A stretch of 32,000 bases of DNA from Candidatus Saccharimonadota bacterium (GTDB lineage: Bacteria; Pseudomonadota; Gammaproteobacteria; Enterobacterales; Enterobacteriaceae): NCBI RefSeq assembly GCF_000090965.1, contig NC_008513.1:300001-332000 (forward strand), read 5' to 3'. The position numbers and the translations under genes are program-made. Below the pieces are notes generated by a model that was not told the origin of the DNA, searched no databases, and saw only the letters and a list, made by a program, of their open reading frames with translations. Positions 31,724 through 32,000 of the stretch are shown here, piece by piece (positions within the stretch are counted from its first letter, which is position 1; each line of letters begins with the position of its first letter).

Positions 31724-32000
31724 ATGAATAATATTAAAAAAAAAAATCAACAAAAAAACAATTTACTTATACCATTTGTAATTGAAAAAACAAATCATGG
31801 AGAAAGATCATATGATATATTTTCTAAATTATTAAAAGAAAGAATAATTTTTATTACTGGGATAATCGATGATAATATCGCTAGTATTGTTATATCTCAA
31901 ATATTATTTCTAGAATCAGAAAATAAAAAAAAAGATATTTTTATATACATAAATTCTCCTGGAGGTATTATAACATCAGGATTATCAATTTATGATACTA
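31724..32000 (+). CDS. clpP: ATP-dependent Clp protease proteolytic subunit, N-terminal part (3' end outside window)
   Basis: It is not in the ORF track because it runs off the window. From ATG 31724 it reads [92 protein letters not shown]. This matches E. coli ClpP ([31 protein letters not shown]...YINSPGGVITAGMSIYDT). Confidence 0.9.
   Translation, partial: MNNIKKKNQQKNNLLIPFVIEKTNHGERSYDIFSKLLKERIIFITGIIDDNIASIVISQILFLESENKKKDIFIYINSPGGIITSGLSIYDT

Overview
This window is extremely A+T-rich (by eye well over 80%), densely packed and housekeeping-only. Its gene order matches an obligate gammaproteobacterial insect endosymbiont of the Buchnera aphidicola type. That assignment rests on protein motifs and E. 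coli/Buchnera-like synteny; the strain cannot be named from sequence alone. Order: typA' (partial) > ygfZ < prfB > lysS > lysA > miaB > ybeY > leuS > holA > tusA > asd < pgk > fbaA > mscS > recC > recB > recD > tRNA-fMet < nusB > tusE (broken) > cyoEDCBA < bolA > clpP' (partial). I see no mobile elements, CRISPR, defence or other accessory cassettes, and no convincing undescribed multi-gene system. This is a core-genome region. The points worth a second look are recoding and decay events that the ORF track does not show. (1) prfB carries the classic programmed +1 frameshift (CTT TGA C), which joins a 25-codon leader to the listed ORF. (2) miaB has no uninterrupted reading frame from an ATG to its first cluster cysteine. 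(3) An unlisted tusE/dsrC-family gene is split across three frames, one break lying in a 13-A tract. (4) An initiator tRNA sits 9 nt after recD. (5) Several neighbours expected from E. coli synteny are absent: tig, argA/amiC, ribD/ribE, thiL/pgpA, ptrA, lptE, ybeZ/ybeX. (6) Very long in-frame poly(A) tracts run through intact genes, especially recBCD. (7) A few strong A/T hairpins or palindromes lie in intergenic spacers.
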